From: Alphaproteobacteria bacterium
Lineage (GTDB): Bacteria; Pseudomonadota; Alphaproteobacteria; UBA6615
DNA: 64,000 nt
Assembly: GCA_011087645.1 (NCBI GenBank)
Contig: JAALLF010000001.1
Coordinates: forward strand, 143,687-207,686
Reading direction: 5' to 3'
Translations under genes and position numbers: made by a program
Shown here: positions 11,454 through 24,179 of the stretch, in pieces
Layout: the number at the start of each line of letters is the position of its first letter
Numbering within the stretch: the first letter of the stretch is position 1
Notes under the pieces: model-generated
The model's database searches: none
Seen by the model: only the letters and a program-made list of their open reading frames with translations
Told to the model about the DNA's origin: nothing

Positions 11454-12605
11454 ATGGCAAAACCGGGCCACGCTGAGATTGCCGGCGCCGGCTTTGGCGG
11501 ATTGGTTGCGGCAATCGGCTTAGCGGACCGCGGCTGGAGCGTACGCGTGCACGAACGTCGCCATGCCCTGCACGCCGAAGGCTATGGCATCGCCATCCAA
11601 GACAATATGACCCTCATTTTCGCCGCGTTGGGCATCCTTGATGAAACTCTCGCCGGCGGCATGGAGATCGACCGCCGCGATTCTCTAAAAGGAAACGGCG
11701 AGGTCGTTTTGAGCCTTAAGAACGGTCTCGGCCGCTACCGGATCAGTCGCCGCCACATCGTCTCGTTACTCGCAAAACGCGCCGAGCGCTCCGGCGTCGA
11801 GATCGTTACCGGATCGACCGTTGTCGACGCGACACCGGACGGCGAGATCGTGCTCGAAGGTGGGGAAACGCATCGCGCCGATCTCATCATCGCCGCCGAC
11901 GGCATCAATTCCGTCATCCGCGAGTCCCTGCACTTGACGGCACGCCAGGTCTGGCAAAAGGAAGGCGGCGTGCGCATGGTCATCCCACGCTTGGCCGAGG
12001 ACATCGCGATCGACACGCGCGACGGCACGGCGATGATCGAGGCCTGGTCCGAGAAACGCCGCATCCTCTATTGTCCGAACTCGCAGACCGAGGTCTATAT
12101 CATTCTCACTTGTATGGAACGCGACACCGCCGGCCGAGCAACGCCGGTCGATGTCGCAGCGTGGCACCGCTCGTTTCCAACGATGGGTCCTTTGCTCGAG
12201 CGTCTATCGCGCGACACGGATTGGGATGAGTGCCGCTGGGTGCGCTTTCAGACCATTCGCCTGAAACGGTGGTCGGCAGGGCGCGTCGCTATTCTCGGCG
12301 ACGCGGCGCACGCGATGCCGCCCTATCTTGGGCAAGGCGCCGGCCATGCGATGATGAATGGACTAGGGCTAGCCGTCGCCATCGACGAGGCGCCGAACCT
12401 GGCCGGCGCTCTCGCCTTGTGGGAGCGCCGCGAACGTCCGTTGACTGAACACACCCAGCGTTGGACACGGGTTTACGGGTCGACGATATTTCTGCCCGAA
12501 TGGCTGAAATCCCTGGCGATCAATGCGGAGAAACACATTCCGTGGCTGGCCAACCAGTACGGCCGGGCAGCCCAACATATTCCGACCGGCTGCGACCCCG
12601 CCTAA
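11454..12605 (+). CDS. FAD-dependent monooxygenase (UbiH/salicylate-hydroxylase-like)
   Basis: 383 aa; N-terminal FAD dinucleotide fingerprint GAGFGGLVAAIGL, DG motif ADGINS, C-terminal GDAAHAMPPYLGQGAG. Confidence 0.8.
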   Translation: MAKPGHAEIAGAGFGGLVAAIGLADRGWSVRVHERRHALHAEGYGIAIQDNMTLIFAALGILDETLAGGMEIDRRDSLKGNGEVVLSLKNGLGRYRISRRHIVSLLAKRAERSGVEIVTGSTVVDATPDGEIVLEGGETHRADLIIAADGINSVIRESLHLTARQVWQKEGGVRMVIPRLAEDIAIDTRDGTAMIEAWSEKRRILYCPNSQTEVYIILTCMERDTAGRATPVDVAAWHRSFPTMGPLLERLSRDTDWDECRWVRFQTIRLKRWSAGRVAILGDAAHAMPPYLGQGAGHAMMNGLGLAVAIDEAPNLAGALALWERRERPLTEHTQRWTRVYGSTIFLPEWLKSLAINAEKHIPWLANQYGRAAQHIPTGCDPA

Positions 12606-12625
12606 ACATCGGCATCTATATCGCG

Positions 12626-15294
<2,669 letters not shown>

Positions 15295-15310
<16 letters not shown>

Positions 15311-16359
15311 AACGCTTCCAGCCCCGACAGGCGCATCGCCACGTCCACCTGGGGCGTCGAACGTGGTGACATACCATCGATCTTTGCCTTGATCGCGCGG
15401 ATATGGTCGGGCGTGGTGCCGCAGCAACCGCCGACAATATTGACCAGCCCGCTGGCCGCCCATTCGGACAAATAATCCGCGGTGCTGTCGGGCCCCTCGT
15501 CATACTGTCCGAATTCATTGGGCAGGCCGGCGTTGGGATATGCGCAAACTAATGTATCGGCCACTTGCGATATCTCCGCGATATAGGTGCGCATTTCGCG
15601 GGCGCCCATGGAACAGTTGAGGCCGACCGAAAAAGGTTTGGTATGGCGCACCGAATGCCAGAACGCTTCCGGCGTCTGTCCTGTCAGGGTGCGGCCCGAC
15701 AAGTCGGTGATGGTTCCGGAAATCATCACCGGAATGCGATAGCCGATTTCTTCGAATAATTCCTCGATACCGAACAGGCAGGCCTTGGCGTTGAGGGTAT
15801 CGAAGATGGTTTCGATCAGCAGCAGGTCGGCGTCGCCATCGACCAGTCCGCGCACCGCGTCTTTGTAGACTTTCCTGATCTCGTCGAAGCTAATAGCGCG
15901 AAAACCGGGGTCGTTGACGTCGGGCGAGATCGATGTGGTTTTATTAGTCGGGCCGATGGCGCCGGCGACCCAGCATTGGCGTCCGGGATAGGCCGCCATG
16001 GTGGCTTCGGCGGCCGCGCGGGCCAGGCGCGCGCCAGTGTGGTTGATCTCATAGACATAATTTTCGGCGCCGTAATCGGCCTGGGAGATCGACGAGGCGT
16101 TAAAGGTATTGCTGGCCACGATGTCGGCGCCGGCTTTGTAATAATTCTCATGGATCTCTTGGATAAATTCCGGCGCGGTGAGGTTCAAAATATCATGGTT
16201 GCCCTTCAGATCGTGGCCGTGATCGGCGAACCGCTCGCCGCGATAGGCCGCCTCGTCGAGATTCAGGGACTGCACCTCCGTCCCCATCGCGCCATCCAAT
16301 ACCAAGATGCGCTGCCCGGCGGCGGCGTGAAGAGCCGCAATACGCTCTTCGCGGGTCAT
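15295..16359 (-). CDS. metH: Methionine synthase MetH, N-terminal homocysteine-binding (S-methyltransferase) domain fragment
   Basis: 354 aa ending ...[13 protein letters not shown]; Hcy-domain Zn ligand motifs ([11 protein letters not shown]); joins the downstream ORF if one T is added to the T4 run (plus-strand AAAA 15309-15312). Confidence 0.9.
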
Positions 16360-17264
16360 CGCACCGCCTCCTGGCTGACAACGATCGGTGATTCAGCCGC
16401 CTCAACGCCGAGGTGCCGACATATCGCGACCGTCAATTCGGCGCGGTTTAATGTGTAGAAATGAAATTCGCGCACCCCGTGTGCCGCCAGTTCGAGGCAC
16501 TGGGTGCTGGCGAGCTGTTCGGCGACCCGCCGCACCGCGTCGGCATCGTCATCCAAACCGTCGAACGCCTGCGCCAGGGACGCCGGGATTGACGCCCCGC
16601 ATCCCGCCGCAAAGCGGCGGATGCCGTTGAAGTTGGTGACCGGCATGATGCCCGGGACCAGCGGCGCCTCGATGCCCGCCGCGGCCACGGCGTCGCGGAA
16701 GCGCAAAAACGCTGAATTGTCGAAGAAGAACTGGGTGATCGCACGGGTCGCACCGGCATCGATCTTGCGCTTCAGATTGTCCAAGTCGAACGCCACGTTC
16801 GGTGCGTCAGGATGAACTTCCGGATAGGCGGCAACCGATATCTCGAAATCGGCTACCCGGCGAAGCCCGGCGACGAGGTCGCTGGCATAAGCATAGCCGC
16901 CGGCGGCGGGTTGATACCCGGCGGCGCCTTCGGGCGGATCACCGCGCAGGGCCACAAGGTGGCGAATGCCGGCATCCCAATAGGCGCGCGCAACATCATC
17001 AACCTCCCCCCGTGTCGCCGCCACGCAGGTGAGATGCGCCGCCGGCGTCAGCGTCGTTTCACCCACGATCCGGGTCACCGTGGCGTGGGTCCGCTCGCGG
17101 GTGGTGCCACCGGCGCCGTAGGTTACGGACACGAAGGCGGGCTGCAGCGACGCCAGATGGCACACCGCATCCCACAAGGCGCGTTCAGCCTCTTCCGTCT
17201 TCGGCGGAAAGAACTCAAAACTCACCGAGACCTCATCCGTCCCCTGTTGGGAATTATTCGCCAT
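16356..17264 (-). CDS. metF: 5,10-methylenetetrahydrofolate reductase
   Basis: 302 aa; MetF TIM-barrel motifs (SFEFFPPKT, VTYGAGG, HFYTLN); stop overlaps metH start (ATGA). Confidence 0.9.
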   Translation of the reverse strand: MANNSQQGTDEVSVSFEFFPPKTEEAERALWDAVCHLASLQPAFVSVTYGAGGTTRERTHATVTRIVGETTLTPAAHLTCVAATRGEVDDVARAYWDAGIRHLVALRGDPPEGAAGYQPAAGGYAYASDLVAGLRRVADFEISVAAYPEVHPDAPNVAFDLDNLKRKIDAGATRAITQFFFDNSAFLRFRDAVAAAGIEAPLVPGIMPVTNFNGIRRFAAGCGASIPASLAQAFDGLDDDADAVRRVAEQLASTQCLELAAHGVREFHFYTLNRAELTVAICRHLGVEAAESPIVVSQEAVR

Positions 17265-17268
17265 CGTT

Positions 17269-18222
17269 CTATGCCGCGTTTTGGGCCGCGGGCGGCTGCG
17301 GCGAGCGGGTCTTCCAGATCGAGACTGTCAGCGGATCGCCGTCGAGATCACGCACCTCGATCACGTCGAGCCCGTGTTCGAGACACCATGCTTCGACCTC
17401 GTCGCGGGCAAAACCAAGCCGGCGGTGGGCGTGCTCGTCGCGCAGCTCTTCCATGGAATGGGGGGCGAAATCGACGATCATAAAATGGCCGCCCGGCGCC
17501 AACGCGCGCGCCGCTTCGGCAATAACATTGGCCGGCCGGTCGGAAAAGTGAAGGACCATATGAAGCACGATCAGGTCAAACGCCCCCTCCTCGACCGGCA
17601 ACTGGTACATGTCGGCCTGACGCAAGGTGCAATGGGCGTAACGCGGATCAGCCAGATTGGCGCGGGCGACCGACAGCATTTCGCGGGAAAGGTCGAGCCC
17701 CAACCCATGATCGACATGGCGATCGAGAAGCTGCAGAACCCGACCGGTGCCGGTACCAATATCGAGCAAGCTCTTCACCCGCTCTTGGGGCAACAGATCG
17801 ACCAGCGCCTGTTCGACCTCGACCTCGTCGACATGCAACGCGCGGATACGATCCCACCGCGCCGCGTTTTCGCCGAAATAGCTATTCGCCCTTTCGGCGC
17901 GTTCTTGCTTGATCATCTCGAGGCGCTGTACATCGCGCGCCATGGTGGCGTCGTCCTCGGGAATTTGCGCCAGCAACGCGCGCACCAAATCGGCGCCGAC
18001 TCCGCGCGGCGGCAGGTGGAAGAATGCCCAGGTACCTTCCTGGAACCGCTCCAGTAGACCGGCCTCACATAAAAGTTTCAGATGGCGCGACACCCGTGGC
18101 TGGCTTTGACCGAGGGTGCGCGTGAGCTCACCGGCGGTGAGTTCGCCGCGCCAACACAAGGCGAGGATACGTAACCGGGTCGGCTCCGCAACCGCGCGCA
18201 ATCCTGTAAGCAGTTGATCCAT
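17269..18222 (-). CDS. sahR: ArsR-family wHTH regulator fused to SAM-dependent methyltransferase-like domain (SahR-type regulator of the methionine/SAM cycle)
   Basis: 317 aa; N-terminal ArsR HTH (LRILALCWRGELTAGELTRTLGQSQPRVSRHLKLL) and C-terminal class I MTase fold (LDIGTGTGRV); lies immediately upstream of metF-metH, the known SahR arrangement. Confidence 0.8.
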   Translation of the reverse strand: MDQLLTGLRAVAEPTRLRILALCWRGELTAGELTRTLGQSQPRVSRHLKLLCEAGLLERFQEGTWAFFHLPPRGVGADLVRALLAQIPEDDATMARDVQRLEMIKQERAERANSYFGENAARWDRIRALHVDEVEVEQALVDLLPQERVKSLLDIGTGTGRVLQLLDRHVDHGLGLDLSREMLSVARANLADPRYAHCTLRQADMYQLPVEEGAFDLIVLHMVLHFSDRPANVIAEAARALAPGGHFMIVDFAPHSMEELRDEHAHRRLGFARDEVEAWCLEHGLDVIEVRDLDGDPLTVSIWKTRSPQPPAAQNAA

Positions 18223-18584
18223 CTTGGTTTATCGCTACCGTCTAGAACTAAGGTCTTAGAGTTTTAACACTTAAATATATAACAATATCTTTATATTACT
18301 TAGTGCAACGGAAAAATGAAACCCATTCCATTCTTACCAAATGGGTGATGCATTTTTGCAACATAAACGCCACCATGACGTTTTATCCCGCAAGGTTGCT
18401 GGCCTTACGAAATGACCTGTGGTAGCAGAAATACTAAGGTTTGGTGCGACATAGGCGTGATTCGCAGGGCGGATTAACACTCCGTCAATGTGACACGGGC
18501 AATGTGCGGCTCCGGCGCAACAGATTTGTGCCGACAGCTGGCGCCAATGCGCCAAAGAGTGACTGGTTGGATCAGGGGTTTTCG

Positions 18585-19382
18585 ATGCCGTTATTTAAGC
18601 GCGGATTTGGACGTATTCTCGGCATCGCATTGCTGGCGGGGGCATTAACGGCGTGCGCGGGTACACCCAACGACGATCCCAACGCGGCGGCCGAGGTCGA
18701 AATCAACGATCCTTTGGAAGTTCCCAACCGGTTTATCTTTGCCTTCAATGTCGGTCTGGATCAGCTTGTTCTTCAGCCGGCGGCGGTCACCTATCGCGAC
18801 TTGATGCCCGACGAACTCAAGGTGCCGATCGGCAATCTGATCACCAACTTGTTCATGCCGTTGAGCTTCCTGCACTCGATGCTACAAGGCGATTTCGAGC
18901 GGGCCGAACAAGCGGCGTCGCGTTTCGTCGCCAGCGCGCCGACATTATTTTTGAGCAATCCTTTCCCCGACCGCCAGCCGGTTTACGAAGATGCTGGACA
19001 AACGCTTGGCGTGTGGGGCGCTGGAACGGGACCCTACATCATGCTGCCCGTGCTGGGGCCGTCGAATGTTCGCGACACGGCTGGCACCATCGTCGATTTC
19101 TTCATCGATCCTCTGGGTATCGTGGCGGGTTCTGAAGCGACCATCGGGCGCGGCGTTGGCTCCGCCGTCCTGTCGCGTTCGCGCAACCTCGAGCAAGTGC
19201 GGGATCTGCAGCGTAACTCGGTCGATTACTATGCCGCGGTGCGCAGCCTCCATACCCAGCGTCGCGAAGCCGAAGTTAGGAATGGCGACCTTCAGCCAAC
19301 AAAGGCCGCGCCAACGATCGGCCTTGAGCTAGACTTTGAGCCAGCGCCAAAGCAGCAGCGTTCCGACGCAACGACACAGTAG
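18585..19382 (+). CDS. mlaA: MlaA/VacJ-family outer-membrane lipoprotein
   Basis: Internal start MPLFKRGFGRILGIALLAGALTAC (lipobox LTAC) within track ORF 18441..19382; VacJ family core (NRFIFAFN, GPYIMLPVLGPSNVRD). Confidence 0.8.
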   Translation: MPLFKRGFGRILGIALLAGALTACAGTPNDDPNAAAEVEINDPLEVPNRFIFAFNVGLDQLVLQPAAVTYRDLMPDELKVPIGNLITNLFMPLSFLHSMLQGDFERAEQAASRFVASAPTLFLSNPFPDRQPVYEDAGQTLGVWGAGTGPYIMLPVLGPSNVRDTAGTIVDFFIDPLGIVAGSEATIGRGVGSAVLSRSRNLEQVRDLQRNSVDYYAAVRSLHTQRREAEVRNGDLQPTKAAPTIGLELDFEPAPKQQRSDATTQ

Positions 19383-19387
19383 AAACC

Positions 19388-20014
19388 ATGCGCCTGCCAC
19401 GGTGGACATTCGCAATAGTCGGCCCCCTGGTTGCGCTTCTAGTTGCGGTAACGCCGGCCAACGCCGACCAGCATTTGGCGGCGTCATCTGAATTTATCCA
19501 ATCGCTGGCCGACCGTGCCATTACCACGCTGACCGCTGAGGGGCAGACCTCGGAAAAGCGACGGCAAGAGTTTCGCGGCCTATTTCGCGAAGGCTTTGCC
19601 ATCAACGGTATCGCGCGATTTGTTCTCGGCCGCTATTGGCGCGGCGCCACGGAAGCCGACCGTACCGAATATATGGTCCTGTTCGAGGACGTGATCGTCA
19701 ACACCTGGGCCGACCGCTTTTCAGAATATTCAGGCGAGAAATTCGAGGTACAACAAGCCATCGACGCCCCCAGCGCGCACCAAGCCGAACAGGTGGCCAT
19801 TGTCCGCAGTATGTTTTTCACCGACCCTCAAACACCGATCCGCATCGACTGGCGGGTGGCGAGCCGCGGCGACATCTACAAAATCACTGATGTCAGCGTT
19901 GAAGGCATCAGCATGGCCAACACCCAACGCGATGAATTCTCATCGGTGATCCGCAGCAACAGCGGTAAAATTAGCGCTCTGCTCGACATCCTGCGCAAGA
20001 AACGCGACGGCTAA
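19388..20014 (+). CDS. mlaC: MlaC/Ttg2D-family periplasmic phospholipid-binding protein
   Basis: 208 aa with signal peptide; toluene-tolerance Ttg2D family motifs (FRGLFREGFAINGIARFVLGRYWR). Confidence 0.8.
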   Translation: MRLPRWTFAIVGPLVALLVAVTPANADQHLAASSEFIQSLADRAITTLTAEGQTSEKRRQEFRGLFREGFAINGIARFVLGRYWRGATEADRTEYMVLFEDVIVNTWADRFSEYSGEKFEVQQAIDAPSAHQAEQVAIVRSMFFTDPQTPIRIDWRVASRGDIYKITDVSVEGISMANTQRDEFSSVIRSNSGKISALLDILRKKRDG

Positions 20015-20059
20015 CGCCGGCGGCTTGCCGCACCGCGCGGCCGTGACTCTCTGTTAGCT

Positions 20060-21739
20060 TCAGACCTGCAAGGGCTTGTACTTAATCCGGCTCGGCTGAT
20101 CCGCGTCGGCACCGCGCCGGCGCTTATAGTCGACGGCATAGGCTTCGTAATTGCCCTCGAACCAGACGGCCTCGCTATCGCCTTCGAACGCGAGAATGTG
20201 GGTCGCAATGCGGTCGAGGAACCAGCGGTCATGACTGACGACGATGGCGCAGCCGGCAAAATCGAGCAACGCCTCTTCCAGCGCGCGCAGCGTATCGACA
20301 TCCAGATCGTTGGTTGGCTCATCGAGCAGCAACACGTTGGCGCCCGATTTTAGCATCTTCGCCAAATGGACCCGGTTGCGCTCTCCGCCCGATAACTGCC
20401 CGACCTTTTTCTGCTGATCGGTGCCGCGAAAATTAAAGCCGGCCACATAGGCCCGGCTCTGCACCGTGCGTTTTCCCAGTTCGATGACATCCAGGCCGTC
20501 GGATATCTCTTCCCAGACATTCTTATCGTCGGCTAGAGAGTCGCGGCTTTGATCGACATAACCCAGCACAACGGTCTCGCCGACCGTCAGTTTGCCGGCG
20601 TCGGGCACTTCCTGGCCGGTCACCATATTGCAGAAGGTGGTCTTACCGGCGCCGTTGGGTCCGATGACGCCGACGATAGCGCCCGGCGGAACCTTAAGGT
20701 CCAACCCGTCGATCAACATGCGGTCGTCGAAACCCTTGCGCAGCCCTTCAGTCTCGATGACCAAATCGCCCAAACGGGTGCCGGCGGGAATGGTAATCTG
20801 CTGCTTGTCGGGCGCCCGCTCGGCGCTCTCGGCGACCAGCTTGTCGAAGGCGTCCACCCGCGCCTTGCTCTTGGCCTGGCGGCCCCGCGGACCTTGGCGA
20901 ATCCACTCAAGTTCCTGGCGTATAGTGCGCTGGCGCGCGCTTTCCTCTTTTTCCTCTTGAGAAAGTCGGGTCTCTTTCGCTTCCAACCAGGCCGAATAGT
21001 TCCCTTCGAAGGGGATACCCTTGCCCCGGTCGAGCTCGAGGATCCAGCCGGCCACATTGTCGAGGAAGTAGCGATCATGGGTGACCGCAACGACGGTGCC
21101 GGGATATTCCGCCAGAAAGCGCTCGAGCCAGGCGACCGATTCCGCGTCGAGATGGTTGGTCGGCTCGTCGAGCAACAGCATGTCCGGGTTCGAGAGCAGC
21201 AAACGGCACAGCGCCACCCGGCGGCGCTCACCGCCCGACAGATTGGTTACGTCGGTGTCACCCGGCGGGCAACGCAACGCATCCATCGCAATCTCGATAC
21301 GGCGATCGAGTTCCCACGCGTCAGCGGCTTCGATCTGATCCTGCAATTCGGCCTGCTCGGCGATCAGCGCGTCCATTTCTTCGGGCGATAGCTCTTCGCC
21401 GAAACGCAGGCTCACCTCGTTGAAGCGATCCAACAGCGCTTGGGTTTCGGCGACCCCTTCCATGACATTGCCCAGCACATCTTTCGACCCGTCGAGTTGC
21501 GGTTCTTGCGGCAAAAACCCGACATTGATGCCGTCAGCCGACCAGGCCTCGCCCTGAAATTCGGTATCCTCGCCGGCCATGATGCGCAGCAGGGTCGATT
21601 TGCCCGACCCGTTCAGCACCAGCACGCCGATTTTGGCGCCGGGATAGAAGCTCAGCCAGATATCCTCAACCACCGGGCGGCCGCCCGTATAGGCCTTGGT
21701 GAGGCCTTTCATGACATAAACATACTGAGGCGTGGCCAT
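20060..21739 (-). CDS. ettA: ABC-F ATPase, energy-dependent translational throttle EttA
   Basis: 559 aa; two ABC ATPase cassettes ([12 protein letters not shown] / [12 protein letters not shown], two LSGGE signatures) with the EttA-type N-terminus [17 protein letters not shown]. Confidence 0.9.
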   Translation of the reverse strand: MATPQYVYVMKGLTKAYTGGRPVVEDIWLSFYPGAKIGVLVLNGSGKSTLLRIMAGEDTEFQGEAWSADGINVGFLPQEPQLDGSKDVLGNVMEGVAETQALLDRFNEVSLRFGEELSPEEMDALIAEQAELQDQIEAADAWELDRRIEIAMDALRCPPGDTDVTNLSGGERRRVALCRLLLSNPDMLLLDEPTNHLDAESVAWLERFLAEYPGTVVAVTHDRYFLDNVAGWILELDRGKGIPFEGNYSAWLEAKETRLSQEEKEESARQRTIRQELEWIRQGPRGRQAKSKARVDAFDKLVAESAERAPDKQQITIPAGTRLGDLVIETEGLRKGFDDRMLIDGLDLKVPPGAIVGVIGPNGAGKTTFCNMVTGQEVPDAGKLTVGETVVLGYVDQSRDSLADDKNVWEEISDGLDVIELGKRTVQSRAYVAGFNFRGTDQQKKVGQLSGGERNRVHLAKMLKSGANVLLLDEPTNDLDVDTLRALEEALLDFAGCAIVVSHDRWFLDRIATHILAFEGDSEAVWFEGNYEAYAVDYKRRRGADADQPSRIKYKPLQV

Positions 21740-21936
21740 CGTCAGGCTCCGTCGAATTACGATTTATTGTGGCGACAGCACATAGGCCGCGGGCGAACGA
21801 AATGCAATGCTCTCGAACCACTAGCAGTCAAAAACGGCCCTCATCTAAAATCACACCTTGCATCGAAGGGTCCGGCCCCGCATGACAGTGCCAAGTTGAC
21901 GCGCGCCCAACGGCGCACGAGGAAATAGATAAACCC

Positions 21937-22962
21937 ATGAAGAAAATCGGCTTCCTGTCATTTGGACACTGGTCTCCCGCGCAGGGTTCGCAAACCCGCT
22001 CAGGTTCCGACGCGCTGCTTCAGTCCATCTACCTCGCCGTGGCCGCCGAGGAACTGGGCGCGGACGGGGCTTATTTCCGGGTGCATCACTTTGCCCGGCA
22101 ACTTGCGTCGCCGTTCCCGCTGCTGGCGGCAGTCGGCGCAAAAACCAGCCGTATCGAAATTGGCACGGCGGTGATCGATATGCGCTACGAAAACCCGCTC
22201 TACATGGCCGAAGATGCCGGCGCGGCCGACCTCATCGCGGGCGGACGGCTGCAGCTCGGTATCAGCCGGGGTTCGCCTGAGCAGGTTGTCGATGGCTGGC
22301 GATATTTCGGCTATCGGCCCGAAGATGACGACACCGATGCCGCCAACATGGCGCGGCGGCATACGGAGGTCCTGCTCGACGTGCTACGAGGCGAGGGATT
22401 CGCGGAGCCGAACCCGCAACCGATGTTCCAGAACCCCCCCGGCATGCTGCGCGTCGAACCGCATTCCGAAGGCCTGCGCGAGCGCATCTGGTGGGGCGCG
22501 GCCACGAACGCGACCTCCGTCTGGGCGGCGAAGCTGGGGATGAACCTGCAGAGTTCGACGCTCAAAACCGACGAGACCGGCCAGCCGTTCCACGTTCAGC
22601 AGGCCGAACAGATCCGGGCGTACCGCGCAGCGTGGAAGGAGGCTGGTCACGCCCGCGAACCGCGCACGTCAGTAAGCCGCAGTATCTTTGCTCTGGTGGA
22701 TGACCGGGACCGCGCCTATTTCGGGCGGGAAAGTCAGAGCGAGGATCATATCGGCTTTATCGACCCCAATACCCGCTCGATCTTCGGCCGCAGCTATGCC
22801 GCGGAACCGGACGTTCTCGTCAAAGAATTAGCAAAGGACGAAGCGATCGCTGAGGCCGACACCCTGTTGCTGACGGTGCCAAATCAGCTTGGCGTCGATT
22901 ACAACGCGCATGTCATCGAAGCGATCCTAACTCATGTCGCTCCGGCTCTTGGCTGGCGGTGA
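21937..22962 (+). CDS. LLM-class (luciferase-like) flavin-dependent oxidoreductase
   Basis: 341 aa; bacterial luciferase-like TIM-barrel family features (N-terminal KIGFLSFGHW, RIEIGTAV). Confidence 0.7.
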   Translation: MKKIGFLSFGHWSPAQGSQTRSGSDALLQSIYLAVAAEELGADGAYFRVHHFARQLASPFPLLAAVGAKTSRIEIGTAVIDMRYENPLYMAEDAGAADLIAGGRLQLGISRGSPEQVVDGWRYFGYRPEDDDTDAANMARRHTEVLLDVLRGEGFAEPNPQPMFQNPPGMLRVEPHSEGLRERIWWGAATNATSVWAAKLGMNLQSSTLKTDETGQPFHVQQAEQIRAYRAAWKEAGHAREPRTSVSRSIFALVDDRDRAYFGRESQSEDHIGFIDPNTRSIFGRSYAAEPDVLVKELAKDEAIAEADTLLLTVPNQLGVDYNAHVIEAILTHVAPALGWR

Positions 22963-23035
22963 CGGACATTATCAAACTGAAATACGACTAGAGTATGCGT
23001 CCTGCAGTGCCGAAGCGGTAGCGCCGTCTGTGCCT

Positions 23036-23638
23036 CTACTGCCGGCCACCAAAGCGCCAGCGGTGGATTTCAACCTGCTCGTACAATCCGGCGTTCGTAT
23101 AAGGCTCGTCGGCCAAGAAGGCATCGACTGCCGCACGGTCTGGCAGCTCGATGATGAATTCGCTGCCGACCCAATCCTCGCCGTCATCCGACCAAAGCGG
23201 CCCGCGGGCGATGAATTTCTCCTGGTAGCCACGGTCGATGAAGTAGCGCCGATGGGCCTCCAACAAACCATCGCGAATGTCGCTCATGCCGGGCTTGCCA
23301 TGACCAATAATCAAAAAGCGCTGATTGGTGTCGGGGTCGCCCTCGAACTCCCACATGGTGCGCTTCATGGCATTGGTGCAGGGCCGCACGATGATTTCGG
23401 CATAGGCGCCTGCTTTGGCGAAGGGCTCGTCATGGCCAAAGACCTGCGCCGCCGCCGCGTCGGGTAAATCGACCATGTGCATGCTGCCGGTCATCGACGC
23501 GCCGTCGTCCGACAGGGTCGGGCCCCGGGCAATCATGGCATCGGCGTAGCGGTCCATGAATGCCCAGTGCTCTTCGACGATTGCCCGGCGGATCTCCGCG
23601 CCTTCCGGCGCGTCGCGGCAATAGAAGAAATACTCCAT
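23036..23638 (-). CDS. Tandem YciI-like (Dabb/stress-responsive) domain protein
   Basis: 200 aa with two ~95-aa repeats, each ending in a YciI-like motif (DEPFAKAGAY / DEPYTNAGLY). Confidence 0.65.
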   Translation of the reverse strand: MEYFFYCRDAPEGAEIRRAIVEEHWAFMDRYADAMIARGPTLSDDGASMTGSMHMVDLPDAAAAQVFGHDEPFAKAGAYAEIIVRPCTNAMKRTMWEFEGDPDTNQRFLIIGHGKPGMSDIRDGLLEAHRRYFIDRGYQEKFIARGPLWSDDGEDWVGSEFIIELPDRAAVDAFLADEPYTNAGLYEQVEIHRWRFGGRQ

Positions 23639-23650
23639 TGAGCGATCCGG

Positions 23651-24157
23651 CTAGCTATCCGCGCTAACCTTACCGCTCGCGCGGGCGGCTTTCTGCTGGT
23701 CCACACCGGACTTGCCGGCGTCGGTCTCGGCATCCCACTGGTTCTCGTGGGCGAGATGCTGGTTTTCGTCCCACTCGTGCTCGGTGCCCTCGCCCATGAA
23801 CACGCAAAATACTTCGCAGCCATCGGGATATTCGTAGGGCCCGTGGGATATATCGCCGCCGAAGACATAATCGCCGGCCCGCAAATCCTTGCCGGCGACG
23901 CACATACGGCCATCGAGCACACAGATCGAATGCCAGCTTTTGTGGCTGTGCTCGGGCTCCACATAGCCCGGCGGAAATTTCACCTTCATATCGACCCGTT
24001 TCATCACCGGGTCGTAATTCAGGATTTTTACCTTCACGCCCGGCGGCAGGGTCAGTATCTCGTTGGCGTCGTTGCCTTCTTTCCATTCGACTTCATGGTC
24101 GTGGAGGGCCACGAACACATGATTTCCGGTCTCCGCCGTCGTGGCTTGATCCGCCAT
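23651..24157 (-). CDS. Cupin-domain protein
   Basis: Internal start MADQATT within track ORF 23651..24397; single cupin barrel with His-rich motifs (EPEHSHKSWH ... GGDISHGPYEY). Confidence 0.6.
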   Translation of the reverse strand: MADQATTAETGNHVFVALHDHEVEWKEGNDANEILTLPPGVKVKILNYDPVMKRVDMKVKFPPGYVEPEHSHKSWHSICVLDGRMCVAGKDLRAGDYVFGGDISHGPYEYPDGCEVFCVFMGEGTEHEWDENQHLAHENQWDAETDAGKSGVDQQKAARASGKVSADS

Positions 24158-24179
24158 ATTAGGGTCTCCCTTGGACAGT

